Source: Octopus bimaculoides (taxonomy: Eukaryota). Taken from it: DNA of 32,081 nt. The notes under the pieces were generated by a model. The model worked only from the letters and a program-made list of their open reading frames with translations, was not told the DNA's origin and did no database searches. The translations under genes were made by a program, and so were the position numbers. The stretch lies in assembly GCF_001194135.2 (NCBI RefSeq), contig NC_069004.1, forward strand, positions 17,446,131 to 17,478,211, read 5' to 3'. Of the stretch, positions 19,445 to 30,142 are shown piece by piece. Each line of letters starts with the position of its first letter. The stretch's first letter is position 1.

Positions 19445-20405
19445 ATCCTTTCTACTATAGGCAGAAGGCCTGAAGTTTGGGGGAGGAGTAAATTGATTAC
19501 ATTGACCCCAGTGCTCAGCTTGTATTTATTTTATTGGCCCTGAATGGATGAAAGGCAAAACTGACCTTAGCAGAATTTGAACTCAGAGCACAGACAGATG
19601 AAATGTTACTTAGCATCTTGCCTGGTGTGCTAACAATTCTGCCAGCTCACCCATCTTTCAGTAGAAGTTCTTTCTTCTATAGGCAAAATGCCTGAATGTT
19701 TTTTTAGGGGAGGGGATCTAGTCAATTACATCAACTGGTACTTATTTTATTGGCCCTGAAAGGACAGAAAGCAAAGTTTACCTCAGTGATATTTGAACTT
19801 AGAATATAAAGAGTTGGAAGAAATACTGTTCAGCATGCTAACCATTCTGACAGCTTGCCACCTTTTAATATAATGGTTTCAAATCTTGGCACAAGGCCAG
19901 CAAGTTTGGGGGTGGGGATAAGTTGATTACATTGATCCCAGAGCTCAACTGGTACTTATTGTATTGACCCCCATCCCTTTAATAAAATATAATATCAAGG
20001 CAGCAATGAGCTGGCGGAATTGTTAGCATGCTGGGCAAAATGTTTAGTAGCATTTTACCCGTTTTTACATCCTGAGTTCAAATTCTGCCGAGGTTGACTT
20101 TGCCTTTCATCCTTTTAGAGGTCAATGAAATAAGTACCAGTTGAGTACTGGGGTCGATGTAATCGACTTACCACCTCCCCCAAAATTTGAAAGCAATATA
20201 ATTTAATATCAATCATTAGCATGCTGGGCAAAATGCTTAGTGGCATTTCGTCCGTTTTTAAGTTCTGAGTTCAAATTCTGCCAAGGTTGATTTAACCATT
20301 CATCATTTTGGGGTCGATGAAATAAGGACCAGTCGAGTACTGGGGTTGATGTAATCAACTTACCCCGCCCTTGAAATTTCTGGCATTTGACCAAAATTTG
20401 AAAAT
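19445..20405. mobile_element. Cluster of five SINE family B copies: minus 19445-19655, 19668-19865, 19875-19975; plus 19998-20190, 20210-20405
   Basis: The family B body (GAGTTCAAATTCTGCC..GG..GACTTTGCCTTTCATCC...AATAAGTACCAG) recurs five times in the stated orientations. Confidence 0.85.
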
Positions 20406-21960
20406 AATATAATATTAGATGTTAACTGAAACAGGATCCTAGTGATAAGCTAAACAACTATCAACAGTGTTCTGATAATGATAGCATCTGCTATATATAC
20501 AGATAGAGTATATCTACCCACCCACCACCAGTGGGAGAATGACCATGTCTATAGGGTGGAAGTGAGCCAAAATGAAAGCTAATATGAATTCAAAAGCTCT
20601 GGAATAATGCAAGAAAAAAAGATTAAAAAGGTAAAAATACTGAAGTAAAATATGATAGAAAGAACTGATAAGAAGGGAGCTTCAACTTGTCAGAAATAGT
20701 AGCCAAATTTCCTTCAAAACACATCCCACTGTCTTAATAAAAGGGAACACCACTTTCAATGATATAGTTTTTTTTATAACACTATGTGATGTGAGTCATG
20801 GTTGGAATATTTGCTTTGATCTCAGGAGCACCACCAGCAGCAGCAGCAGCAGCAACCATAACAATCATAGTAAAATATTTAAACAATAGTCATATGTTAA
20901 CTTCTGGTCCTGCAGTTGACATAATAAAAGAATTGATCACCAAATATCTGATTGTCCAATTATGGTAGGTAGAATATTATATCGCTTGGGGAATATGTCA
21001 AAACTTTTGAGGGAGAGAATAGATGGTATGAACAGGCACCAAATCTGGTATATGGCAATGACTTAAAGATGATAATCTGTCCAGGTTAACAAGAAGAGCA
21101 TGACTTTGCATTCTGAATGACATCTCGATCACTTCTAAACAAAACATCTGTTGGAAGCAGTGGCAAGTCTTGTCAAAAGTGTCCAGAAATTTTTAGCCAT
21201 ACCACCTTAGTTTATGAACAGGATAGAATAAAGGAAATCTTGTTCTCCTTAATATCTGAGCTCAAAGGTATCTTTTATCTCTCCACCCCACTATTTTGTA
21301 AAGTCACTGTCTGGAAGGATGTAGAAAATCTAAGTACCAATAGTTCAAAATGGGAAGAAGCCATCTGGCTAGAAATGGTTGTTAGCAATCCCAGTGTCAG
21401 AATGAATAAAAAATATTTATGTTCTTCAGGAGATTAACGTATAGCAGTTGGAAGCTCAGAAAGGTGGAATGCTGCAAGTTCTATGTAAGTGGAGCCCTTC
21501 ATGTTGCATATCAAAAATGATATGTGGGTACATTAATGAAAGAACTTTGAGAAGCAATGAAAATAAGGTTGATCTTTGAATAAGCTTGATGAAAATCTGG
21601 TAAGTTAAAAACATTTTTGCATAGAATTTGAACAACAATAAATTTATTTTCAACTAAAGAAAACACGTTTCAAACATGTGGTGTCCCCCTGGTGATTGGC
21701 TATCATAGAAGAGACGATCTTATATAAATTAAATTGGGGCAGGTTTGGAAGTTTGAAATATAAATCAAAGCAAAGAAAATGTACAAAATATACACATTTA
21801 ACATTTCTCTTTTGTACAGATCAAAAAGATTTTAAAATTTCTGGCTGTTGGTAGCCATATTTTCTTCTCTCTGTTTTAATGTATATCATAAGAGAAAGAA
21901 TATTCCTTCACTTGTTTATCAGGTTATCTAACTTGGTCTCCTTTAAGAAAGATTCCAAAG

Positions 21961-22086
21961 CATCCAGTCCACTCTGTTAAGTGGTTGGCATTAGGAAGGG
22001 CATACAGTGAAGCCTGGTGCAGTCTTCAGGCTTGCCAGATCCTGTCAAACCGTCCAACCCATGCCAGCACGGAAAACAGGCATTAA

Positions 22087-22125
<39 letters not shown>
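21961..22125 (+). mobile_element. 3' end of a (GAT)n-tailed retroposon
   Basis: GGTTGGCATTAGGAAGGGCAT...CCGTCCAACCCATGCCAGCACGGAAAAC followed by a pure (GAT)n tail at ~22088-22125; an antisense sister fragment lies at 1862. Confidence 0.65.
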
Positions 22126-22127
<2 letters not shown>

Positions 22128-22488
22128 AAGTGTGTCCACTAATTCTTTCTCATTCTATTAGTTTCCCTGAAATTGTTGTTTACTCAAATTCCAGGAAGAC
22201 TTTATACCCTGGGAAAAATCTTGCTGTCAGCATTGTTTTCATTGCAGGTGTCATACATGAGAAACAAGATATCAGCTCAAAATGAATTCGTCTAAGAATT
22301 GAATTACCAAAAACCTTGCTGCTAGACTTTCAATGCGTAAACAACAACTAACAATTGTGTTACTGCAAATCTTGACAAAAGCCACCCTCCAAGCATTTGA
22401 TCATGCATATATCAAACTTGGATACATCAACATGAAAAAGATGGTTTTCAGCTACTCTATATGGCCACGAACAATGGTAAACTGTACT

Positions 22489-23185
22489 TCTATGTGGTGG
22501 CTATTAAGGTGGACTGGCTTCGATAGTGAATTGTACTTTCTATATTGTGGCTATTTACATTTAGAGAAATTGGCTACAACAGTGAATTATACATCTATAA
22601 GGTAACTATTTACAGTTAGATGGACTGGCTACAATAGTGAATTGTACATCTATATGGTAGCTGTTCGATTAACTGGTTTTATATGGTAGCTTTTAGATGG
22701 ACTGGCTACAATAGTGAAGTGTACATCTATATGGTAGCTGTTAGATTAACTGGTTTTATATGGTAGCTTTTAGATGGACTGGCTACAATAGTGAAGTGTA
22801 CATCTATATGATAACTATTTACAGTTAAATGGACTGGCTACAATAGTGAATTGTACATCTATATGGTAGCTGTTAGATTAACTGGCTTTATATGGTAGCT
22901 TTTAGATGGACTGGCTACAATAGTGAAGTGTACATCTATATGGTAGTNNNNNNNNNNNNNNNNNNNNNNNNNNNNNNNNNNNNNNNNNNNNNNNNNNNNN
23001 NNNNNNNNNNNNNNNNNNNNNNNNNNNNNNNNNNNNNNNNNNNNNNNNNNNNNNNNNNNNNNNNNNNNNNNNNNNNNNNNNATATGGTAGCTGTTAGATT
23101 AACTGGCTTTATATGGTAGCTTTTAGATGGACTGGCTACAATAGTGAAGTGTACATCTATATGGTAGTTACTTACAGTTAGATGA
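22489..23185. repeat. Higher-order minisatellite of three related subunits (29, 48 and 55 bp)
   Basis: Subunits all begin ATATG(G/A)TA(G/A)C and two share GGACTGGCTACAATAGTGAA(G/T)TGTACATCT. The array spans a 134-N gap. Confidence 0.9.
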
Positions 23186-23276
23186 GTAGAAGGTATGAGT
23201 GAACTCTATTTGTATCAAAGTCATATAGAAAAGTTATGTGTCACAGTAGTTTAACTGTTAATATCACAGTCATGAA

Positions 23277-23495
23277 GAAGGTAGCAAGCCGTTGAAACTG
23301 CTTGCAAGCCAAGCAAGATACTGAGCATCATTTCATCTGTCCTTATGTTCTGAGTTCAATTTCCGTTGAGGTCGACTTTGCCTTTCTTCCTTTCAGGGTT
23401 GATAAAATAAGTACCAGTTGAGTACTGGGGTCAATATAATCGACTTATCCACATCCCCAAAATTGCTGGCCTTGTGCCAAAATTTCAAATCAATA
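23277..23495 (+). mobile_element. SINE family B
   Basis: GTTCTGAGTTCAATTTCCGTTGAGGTCGACTTTGCCTTTC...GATAAAATAAGTACCAG with the GGCCTTGTGCCAAAATTT tail. Confidence 0.85.
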
Positions 23496-23924
23496 TTACT
23501 CACATCAAACATGATATACTTTCATTCTTTTACTAGCATCAATCACTGTGGCATTGCTGAGGAACAACCCATAGCCATTTAGCCAATCCTATTATTCCCA
23601 GCCCCTTTTTTCCTCCTTTTATTGTGCTCTATTTGTCAAACTGCTTCAAAAACAAAGACTCCAACATTCAGACCCATCGGCATGACAGATTTCTGCATTA
23701 TTTTTGTCAATCAAATTCCATTTCTAAAGTATTGGTCAACTTGTGGTTATGATGGTCAGCACTTGCTCAATAAGCTGCATGGTGGGATTGAGCACTGGAC
23801 CAGATAGTTGAGAATCAGATATATAACCACACAGCCAAACCTGTGCTGATATGGGTATTCTTGAAATAATCATTTCAGTTTCATAGAAGTTGTTTGTGCA
23901 AAAATTGGTATCTTTTTCTTGGTT

Positions 23925-24255
23925 GAGTCTTTGAACTATGGCCATGCTGGAGCACTACTGTGAAGAGATTAGTTGAACAAATCAACCCTTGTTGTCAAGC
24001 GGTGGTGGGGACAAATACACACACACACACACACCCATACACACACACACACACACACACATACACACAAAGACATACATACACACATGTACATGTAAGT
24101 GTATATGATGAGCTTCTTTCAGTTTCTGTCAACAAAATCCACTTCCAAAGCTTTGGTTGATCTTGGGCTACAGTGAAAGACACTTGTTGAAGTGCACAGT
24201 GGGACTGAACCGAAGACCACATCGTTGGGAAGCAAGCTTCTTTCCCCACAGCCAT
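23925..24255 (-). mobile_element. SINE family A with expanded internal (CA)n
   Basis: Plus strand reads GGCCATGCTGGAGCAC...CTTCTTTCAGTTTC...GTGGGACTGAACC...CCACAGCC. Confidence 0.85.
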
Positions 24256-24264
24256 ATATTTGAG

Positions 24265-24573
24265 ACTTCTTTCGGTCACAAATGACCATGGGATTGCACC
24301 TAGAAAGTTCTCCTCCGAGACACAAGTCTGGGCAAGGTTGTTTATGGAAGACCAGCCTCCATACTCCATGCCACTGATGTTCTCCAAGGGAAAAGCAAAA
24401 GTCAATACAGCTTGGTACCAGTGATGCTGTAACTTATTTCCACAGCTGAGTGAACAGGAGCAACATGAAATAAAGTGTCTTACTCAAGAACATAACACAC
24501 AGTCCAGTCTGGGAATCGAACTCACAACCTCACAATTATAAGCTCAATGCTCTAGCCACTGAGCCATGCACCT
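24265..24573 (-). mobile_element. tRNA-headed SINE, family C
   Basis: Minus strand head AGGTGCATGGCTCAGTGGCTAGAGC...GAGTTCGATTCCC then TTCTTGAGTAAGACAC; homologous to 28882-29164. Confidence 0.85.
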
Positions 24574-24639
24574 ATATTACAGATGTATTATTTGTTTGTA
24601 TTATTCTTTTCACTGACTGTGGTAAGATATTCTCTTCAA

Positions 24640-24915
24640 AGAGTTTTGTCAGAGCTGTGGAAACTATGGGTTTACTGTCAGTAAGGTGAGAATTAGCAAC
24701 GAGATCAGTAAAAAATTTACCTCTTAGATAGGTGTCCATCAAGACTTAGTTCTTCACATATAAATTTAGGACTGGTTAGTCAGGGTAACTCTGCTATGCT
24801 GACCACCAAGTTCATATAACACCAAATCAGTTAACGAATTACAGGAAAAGTTATTTTTTAAATAGGGAAGCAGAGCCTGAAATCAAGAGGTATAAAGGTA
24901 AATCTGAAGCCGCGT
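24640..24915 (+). mobile_element. Decayed reverse-transcriptase fragment (RTE-like LINE)
   Basis: In-order motifs FVRAVETM, VSKVRISNE, IGVHQDLVL (GVHQGSVL), CYADH (YADD), VNELQEKL, SLKSRGIKVNL, across frameshifts. Confidence 0.65.
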
Positions 24916-25522
24916 CCTACTGACTTAGAAAGGAGCACATTGGCTAATGGGATCCAGGTAATGCTATTCCTAAAAAGACAATTAAAAAGCCCTCAAAAAA
25001 CCAAAAACAAAAAGTAAAACAAAAACAAACCAAAGCAAAAAATACAAAAACAAAACAAAACAAAGCAAGAAAAATATGGCATGTTGAGTTAAGACCAACT
25101 GATTTTGTTATGATGTAAATTTTGTGATTTTGGAATTTATTGGTAATGTTTTGCTCATCATTGTTCTTCCTTATTTCTTTCCTCAAATGGTGTTGCTTGT
25201 CTTTGAGTGTTATGCTTTAGACAGCCTTCACTATGGAATGAAAATGAAGATGCAGTCAAAGACATTAGCATAATAAATTTATGCATCAAAACAGAAATGA
25301 GAATATTGGAAAAGAACAAAACATCCACATGTTCTGTTAATAAATCATAATAGTTTTAAATTTAAAAGAAATAATCAGGGAGTGTATTTAAATATTCAAA
25401 CGAAAGGATCATCTTGTCCAGTTTGAGGACATTATCATGAAAACATTTCAGATGAGAAAACGTCCAGCTTCTTTGTGTTTGAGTTAAATAAATATTTCAT
25501 AGGCACAGGCATGGCTTTGTGG

Positions 25523-25738
25523 CAGAAACGTTAGCACGCCGGGCAAAATGCTTAGTGGTATTTCGTCTGCCATTACGTTCTGAGTTCAAATTCCACCGAG
25601 GTCGACTTTGCCTTTCATTCTTTCGGGGTCGATAAATTAAGTACCAGTTACATACTGAGGTCGATGTAATCAACTTAATCCCTTTGTCTGTCATTGTTTG
25701 TCCCCTCTATGTTTAGCCCCTTGTGGGCAATAAAGAAA
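25523..25738 (+). mobile_element. SINE family B (young), nested in the head of a family A SINE
   Basis: CAGAAACGTTAGCACGCCGGGC...GGGCAATAAAGAAA; lacks the first ~11 nt of the head. Confidence 0.9.
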
Positions 25739-26014
25739 TAAGAAGCTTGTTTCCCAGCCACATGGTCTGGAATCCAGCCCCTCTGCATGACACCTCGTAC
25801 AGCTCTGGGCTGACCAAAGCTTTGTGAGTGTTTTTGATTGACGGAAACTGAAAAGAAACCCATCATTTAATTTCATATTACGCTCCGTATTTCACAAACA
25901 CTTTATTCTAAAGCATATGTATATTGAGTTCAAACACCAGGTTATTAATATTGCTCTGTCTAAGTCAAAGATTATATATATATATACTGTATGTATGTAT
26001 GTATGTATGTATGT

Positions 26015-26307
26015 ACTCTTATGCATGTAGCTGCATGTCTAGACATGCACATATATATTTAAATGGTAAACTTCTGGAAAGTTTTACCGATTTTTACAGT
26101 TCCAGTGATAGCTTGAATTTGTAGTCTTTGAATCAGCTTTCTCCTTTCTAGTTTTGACAAGCCTAATTTATCAATATTGGTAATTAAGCAGTGTGTTACA
26201 TATCCAAGAGTTCCAATAATTACAGGTATAAACATGAACTTGTAATCTGGATAGAGTAACTGTAGATTTCTCAATAGTTCAGCATAAGGGTTTTCTTTTT
26301 CACTGAT
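26015..26307 (-). mobile_element. 5'-truncated R4/Dong-like fragment, same family as 15069-15627
   Basis: ISEKENPYAELLRNLQLLYPDYKFMFIPVIIGTLG...GTVKIGKTFQKFTI* aligns codon-for-codon with the 15-kb copy; (GTAT)n on both sides. Confidence 0.88.
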
Positions 26308-26659
26308 GTATGTATGTATGTATGTACGTGTTTATGGTGTGTTTAGTCGCCCCCCCCCCATTTGACAACTGGTGTTGGCTTATTTACATCCCCATAACTT
26401 AGCAAGTCAGCTAAAGTGATCCAATAAAATAAATAGTGAACTTACAAATAAGTACCGGGGTCAAGATGGTCAATTAAGCTCGTCGAGGCGGTGCCCCCAA
26501 ATGGCAGCAGTCCAATGACTGAAAAAAGTAAAAGATGAAAAAATAATAAATAACTTCTGATATGACACCAAACCAGACTCATAGGGGCAGGGCACAGTTG
26601 CGTATATCGACTCGTGGGATTTAATGTCAAAACATGAGGAACCGAAACTATTACCGTCG

Positions 26660-26957
26660 TAGTGTTTCTCAACCGGGGTCCCAATGACCCTTAATGTGTG
26701 TGTGTGCCTGTGTGTGTGCCTGTGTGTGTGTGTGTGTGTTGGGGGTTCGTATAAAATTTTGTCGCTAAAGTTTATGGGCAATAAACTGTTTATACTCTCT
26801 ACAAAATATAAAATATTTTAATTGTTCATATTATTCTTAGATATTTAATTATAAAAATATATGATTTTTTTGAACATTGAATGACTTTGAGGGGGCCATT
26901 AGAGAAAAAAATAGGAATGAAAAATGTCTGTAGGTTAAAAATAGTTGAGAAACACCG
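26660..26957. mobile_element. hAT-Charlie-type MITE
   Basis: Termini TAGTGTTTCTCAAC and GTTGAGAAACACCG match the CAGTGTTTCTCAAC TIR type. AT-rich interior with a (TG)n tract. No convincing 8-bp TSD (taccgtcg vs gcctatcg). Confidence 0.7.
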
Positions 26958-27889
26958 GCCTATCGGTCTCTCTATGACATTTGAGAACAATTAATAAACT
27001 GTTTTCACTTAAATTGATAAAACTAAGAAGGAGTTATGTCCCTTTACATTCACAGTCGTNNNNNNNNNNNNNNNNNNNNNNNNNNNNNNNNNNNNNNNNN
27101 NNNNNNNNNNNNNNNNNNNNNNNNNNNNNNNNNNNNNNNNNNNNNNNNNNNNNNNNNNNNNNNNNNNNNNNNNNNNNNNNNNNNNNNNNNNNNNNNNNNN
27201 NNNNNNNNNNNNNNNNNNNNNNNNNNNNNNNNNNNNNNNNNNNNNNNNNNNNNNNNNNNNNNNNNNNNNNNNNNNNNNNNNNNNNNNNNNNNNNNNNNNN
27301 NNNNNNNNNNNNNNNNNNNNNNNNNNNNNNNNNNNNNNNNNNNNNNNNNNNNNNNNNNNNNNNNNNNNNNNNNNNNNNNNNNNNNNNNNNNNNNNNNNNN
27401 NNNNNNNNNNNNNNNNNNNNNNNNNNNNNNNNNNNNNNNNNNNNNNNNNNNNNNNNNNNNNNNNNNNNNNNNNNNNNNNNNNNNNNNNNNNNNNNNNNNN
27501 NNNNNNNNNNNNNNNNNNNNNNNNNNNNNNNNNNNNNNNNNNNNNNNNNNNNNNNNNNNNNNNNNNNNNNNNNNNNNNNNNNNNNNNNNNNNNNNNNNNN
27601 NNNNNNNNNNNNNNNNNNNNNNNNNNNNNNNNNNNNNNNNNNNNNNNNNNNNNNNNNNNNNNNNNNNNNNNNNNNNNNNNNNNNNNNNNNNNNNNNNNNN
27701 NNNNNNNNNNNNNNNNNNNNNNNNNNNNNNNNNNNNNNNNNNNNNNNNNNNNNNNNNNNNNNNNNNNNNNNNNNNNNNNNNNNNNNNNNNNNNNNNNNNN
27801 NNNNNNNNNTAAGCTTCTTACCACACAATAACGCCTCCGCCTATGCATGATTAGATTCGTATTGAGGCTTTTTAATAGGAATAAAAAGA

Positions 27890-28035
27890 AAATCGACCTC
27901 GGTACTTGACTGGTACTTTATTTTATCGATTCAGGAAGGATGAAAGACAAAGATAACTCCAGCTGTCTTTGTAATCAAGCCCCAAAGGATCGCAAATAAA
28001 TACTGCTACGTGTTTAACCCGTCGCCCTAACGATT
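27890..28035 (-). mobile_element. SINE family B (decayed)
   Basis: Plus strand reads GACTGGTACTTTATTTTATCGATTCAGGAAGGATGAAAGACAAAG. Confidence 0.6.
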
Positions 28036-28139
28036 CTAATTAAAATCAATTAAAATTCATACTCGCTCGAAGTGATCCCTACTCTCTCTCTCTCTCACTC
28101 ACTCTCTCCATCTCCACCCTCCCTCCTACACACTCACGC

Positions 28140-28620
28140 TTATTTATATCAGCATGGCTTCCGTTTGTCATTAATGACTACGGATAAAGGTTCTGGTTGT
28201 CTGTGGCTGAATTGTTTGACGCACGAATGACAGCCTCTCATATACCAACCATACTCGTGTGCTGTTCCGGTGTTGTTTGTGTTCTTTTCTGTGGGTCCGC
28301 GTTTCTTCCGCTGCATTCATCACCCTTCCCACCAGCATAAGCTGCTTGATAGGACTCAAGCCTGGGCGGTATGGTATAAAGGACAGGCTGTTGCCCATGC
28401 AGCGTGTCTCTCTTCTTGACGTCACTGACGGATCCAAAGAAACAACAGTGCCTTTACAATTTGGTGCCGGCATCGTTGCAAAAGTTGTCAGAACGAAACT
28501 GTAGGTTACGTCTAAGTGCCTCTGGGTCTTTGCCATTTGATTTCCCCCCAAGATTTATTTACTCTCGAAACATTTCTCATAGGTGGGTATGACCGCAGGG
28601 CAGCGTAGGTTTGAAACCAA
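28140..28620. promoter_or_regulatory. Unique CpG-rich island with GC-box, TATA-like and CRE motifs (candidate promoter/first exon)
   Basis: About 20 CpG in 480 bp by eye. GGGCGG 28364-28369, TATAAAG 28375-28381, TGACGTCA 28417-28424, donor-like GTAGGT at 28501. No repeat motif recognised. Confidence 0.35.
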
Positions 28621-28881
28621 GGTTTTCCTACTCCAAGATGGGTTGCCCCCTGGATAATGAGCTCCATCATCCCGACTGAATAGCTAACAAACCTCAGCTG
28701 AGACCTTGATAGGTGCTGTTACTTTGGGTCAAGGTAGATCTGGGAACAATAGTGGCTATGAGGTGGTTCCACTCCCCTCAAAAACACTGCAACTATCAAA
28801 CGAGCCCACCCACCATTACTGGATGCAGTTTAAAATTGTATCCAGGATTACATATTTATGACTGGTTATAACTGGGAGTGA

Positions 28882-29164
28882 AGGCGCATGACTCAGTGGT
28901 AAGAGCGTCAGGCTCACAATCATTAATTCGTGCGTTCGATTCCCTGTCTGGGCTGTGTGTTCTGTTCTTGAGCAAGACACTATTTCACGTTGCTCCAGTT
29001 CACTCAGCTGTAGAAATGAGTTGCGATGTCACAGGTGCCAAGTTGTATCGGCCTTTACCTTTCCCTTAGATAATATTAGTGGCATGGAGAAGAGAGACTG
29101 GTATTCATGGACGACTGTTGGTTTTCCGTAAACAGCCTCGTCCGGACTTGTGTCCTTGAAGGGG
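28882..29164 (+). mobile_element. tRNA-headed SINE, family C
   Basis: GGCGCATGACTCAGTGGTAAGAGCG (A box), GCGTTCGATTCCC (B box), CTTGAGCAAGACAC...TTGCTCCAGTTCACTCAGCTG body. Confidence 0.85.
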
Positions 29165-29242
29165 GTATAGAAGATACAGTACTCGATACTTGAAGTGAAT
29201 TAACATTTCTTCCGGTTTAAGAAAAAAATATATATACTTAGC

Positions 29243-29538
29243 AGCAATAGTTGTGTGGTTAAAAAGTTTCGGGTTCAGTTTCACTTTGCGGCTCTTTGGA
29301 CAACGGTTCCTACGGTAGCTCTGGGCCGAATAATGCTATATGAGTGAATTTGTTGGGTGGAAACTGTATGGAAGCTCATCGAGTAGTTAAGAAGCTTGCT
29401 TTGCAGCCATGTAGCATCGGGCTCAGTCCCACTGTGTGGCAACTATAGTCCCCGGACGACTAATGCCTTGTGAAGATATTTGGTCGACGGAAACTGAGAC
29501 GGAGTCCGTTGCACGTGTGTATATATATGTGTGTGTGC

Positions 29539-29573
<35 letters not shown>

Positions 29574-29668
29574 GTATTTGTCCCTCCCCACCGCCTATGT
29601 TGGTTTGCTTACGTCCCCGTAACTAGCGGTTCGACAAAAGACGCTGATGAAATATGTAATAGGCTACC
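29243..29668 (+). mobile_element. Two tandem decayed SINE family A copies (29243-29380 and 29381-29668, the second cut by the N-gap)
   Basis: Two successive head/B-box/GGAAACTG segments; the second continues through the internal (TG)n to TACGTCCCCGTAACTAGCGGTTCG. Confidence 0.7.
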
Positions 29669-30142
29669 NNNNNNNNNNNNNNNNNNNNNNNNNNNNNNNN
29701 NNNNNNNNNNNNNNNNNNNNNNNNNNNNNNNNNNNNNNNNNNNNNNNNNNNNNNNNNNNNNNNNNNNNNNNNNNNNNNNNNNNNNNNNNNNNNNNNNNNN
29801 NNNNNNNNNNNNNNNNNNNNNNNNNNNNNNNNNNNNNNNNNNNNNNNNNNNNNNNNNNNNNNNNNNNNNNNNNNNNNNNNNNNNNNNNNNNNNNNNNNNN
29901 NNNNNNNNNNNNNNNNNNNNNNNNNNNNNNNNNNNNNNNNNNNNNNNNNNNNNNNNNNNNNNNNNNNNNNNNNNNNNNNNNNNNNNNNNNNNNNNNNNNN
30001 NNNNNNNNNNNNNNNNNNNNNNNNNNNNNNNNNNNNNNNNNNNNNNNNNNNNNNNNNNNNNNNNNNNNNNNNNNNNNNNNNNNNNNNNNNNNNNNNNNNN
30101 NNNNNNNNNNNNNNNNNNNNNNNNNNNNNNNNNNNNNNNNNN

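Larger units (their letters stand above)
25502..26540 (+). mobile_element. SINE family A split into three pieces (25502-25522, 25739-25864, 26328-26540) by later insertions
   Basis: Head GGCACAGGCATGGCTTTGTGG resumes as TAAGAAGCTTG...CCACATGG after a family B SINE. The 3' half (TTGACAACTGGTGTTGG...CAGTCCAATGACTGAAAAAAGTAAAAG) follows an R4-like fragment. Confidence 0.75.

Noticed and set aside
20900-21660. ORF 21117-21437, or a very old CR1/L2 remnant on the minus strand
   Set aside because: The ORF has no recognisable motif. Only weak hints appear on the minus strand (KNFWTLL, LFRSD), too few to call without a profile search.
28171-28551. 126-aa minus-strand ORF as a CDS
   Set aside because: It has a non-ATG predicted start and no recognisable domain, and comparable open frames exist on the other strand. 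Kept only as part of the CpG-island finding.
28610-28860. Possible antisense RTE-type terminal remnants
   Set aside because: Resemblance to recalled retroposon ends is short and degenerate, with no second copy in the window to confirm it.
28882-28955. SINE heads as genuine tRNA genes (also 2007-2068, 24500-24573)
   Set aside because: A and B boxes are present, but I cannot fold an acceptor stem or full cloverleaf, and the longer ones continue into SINE bodies.
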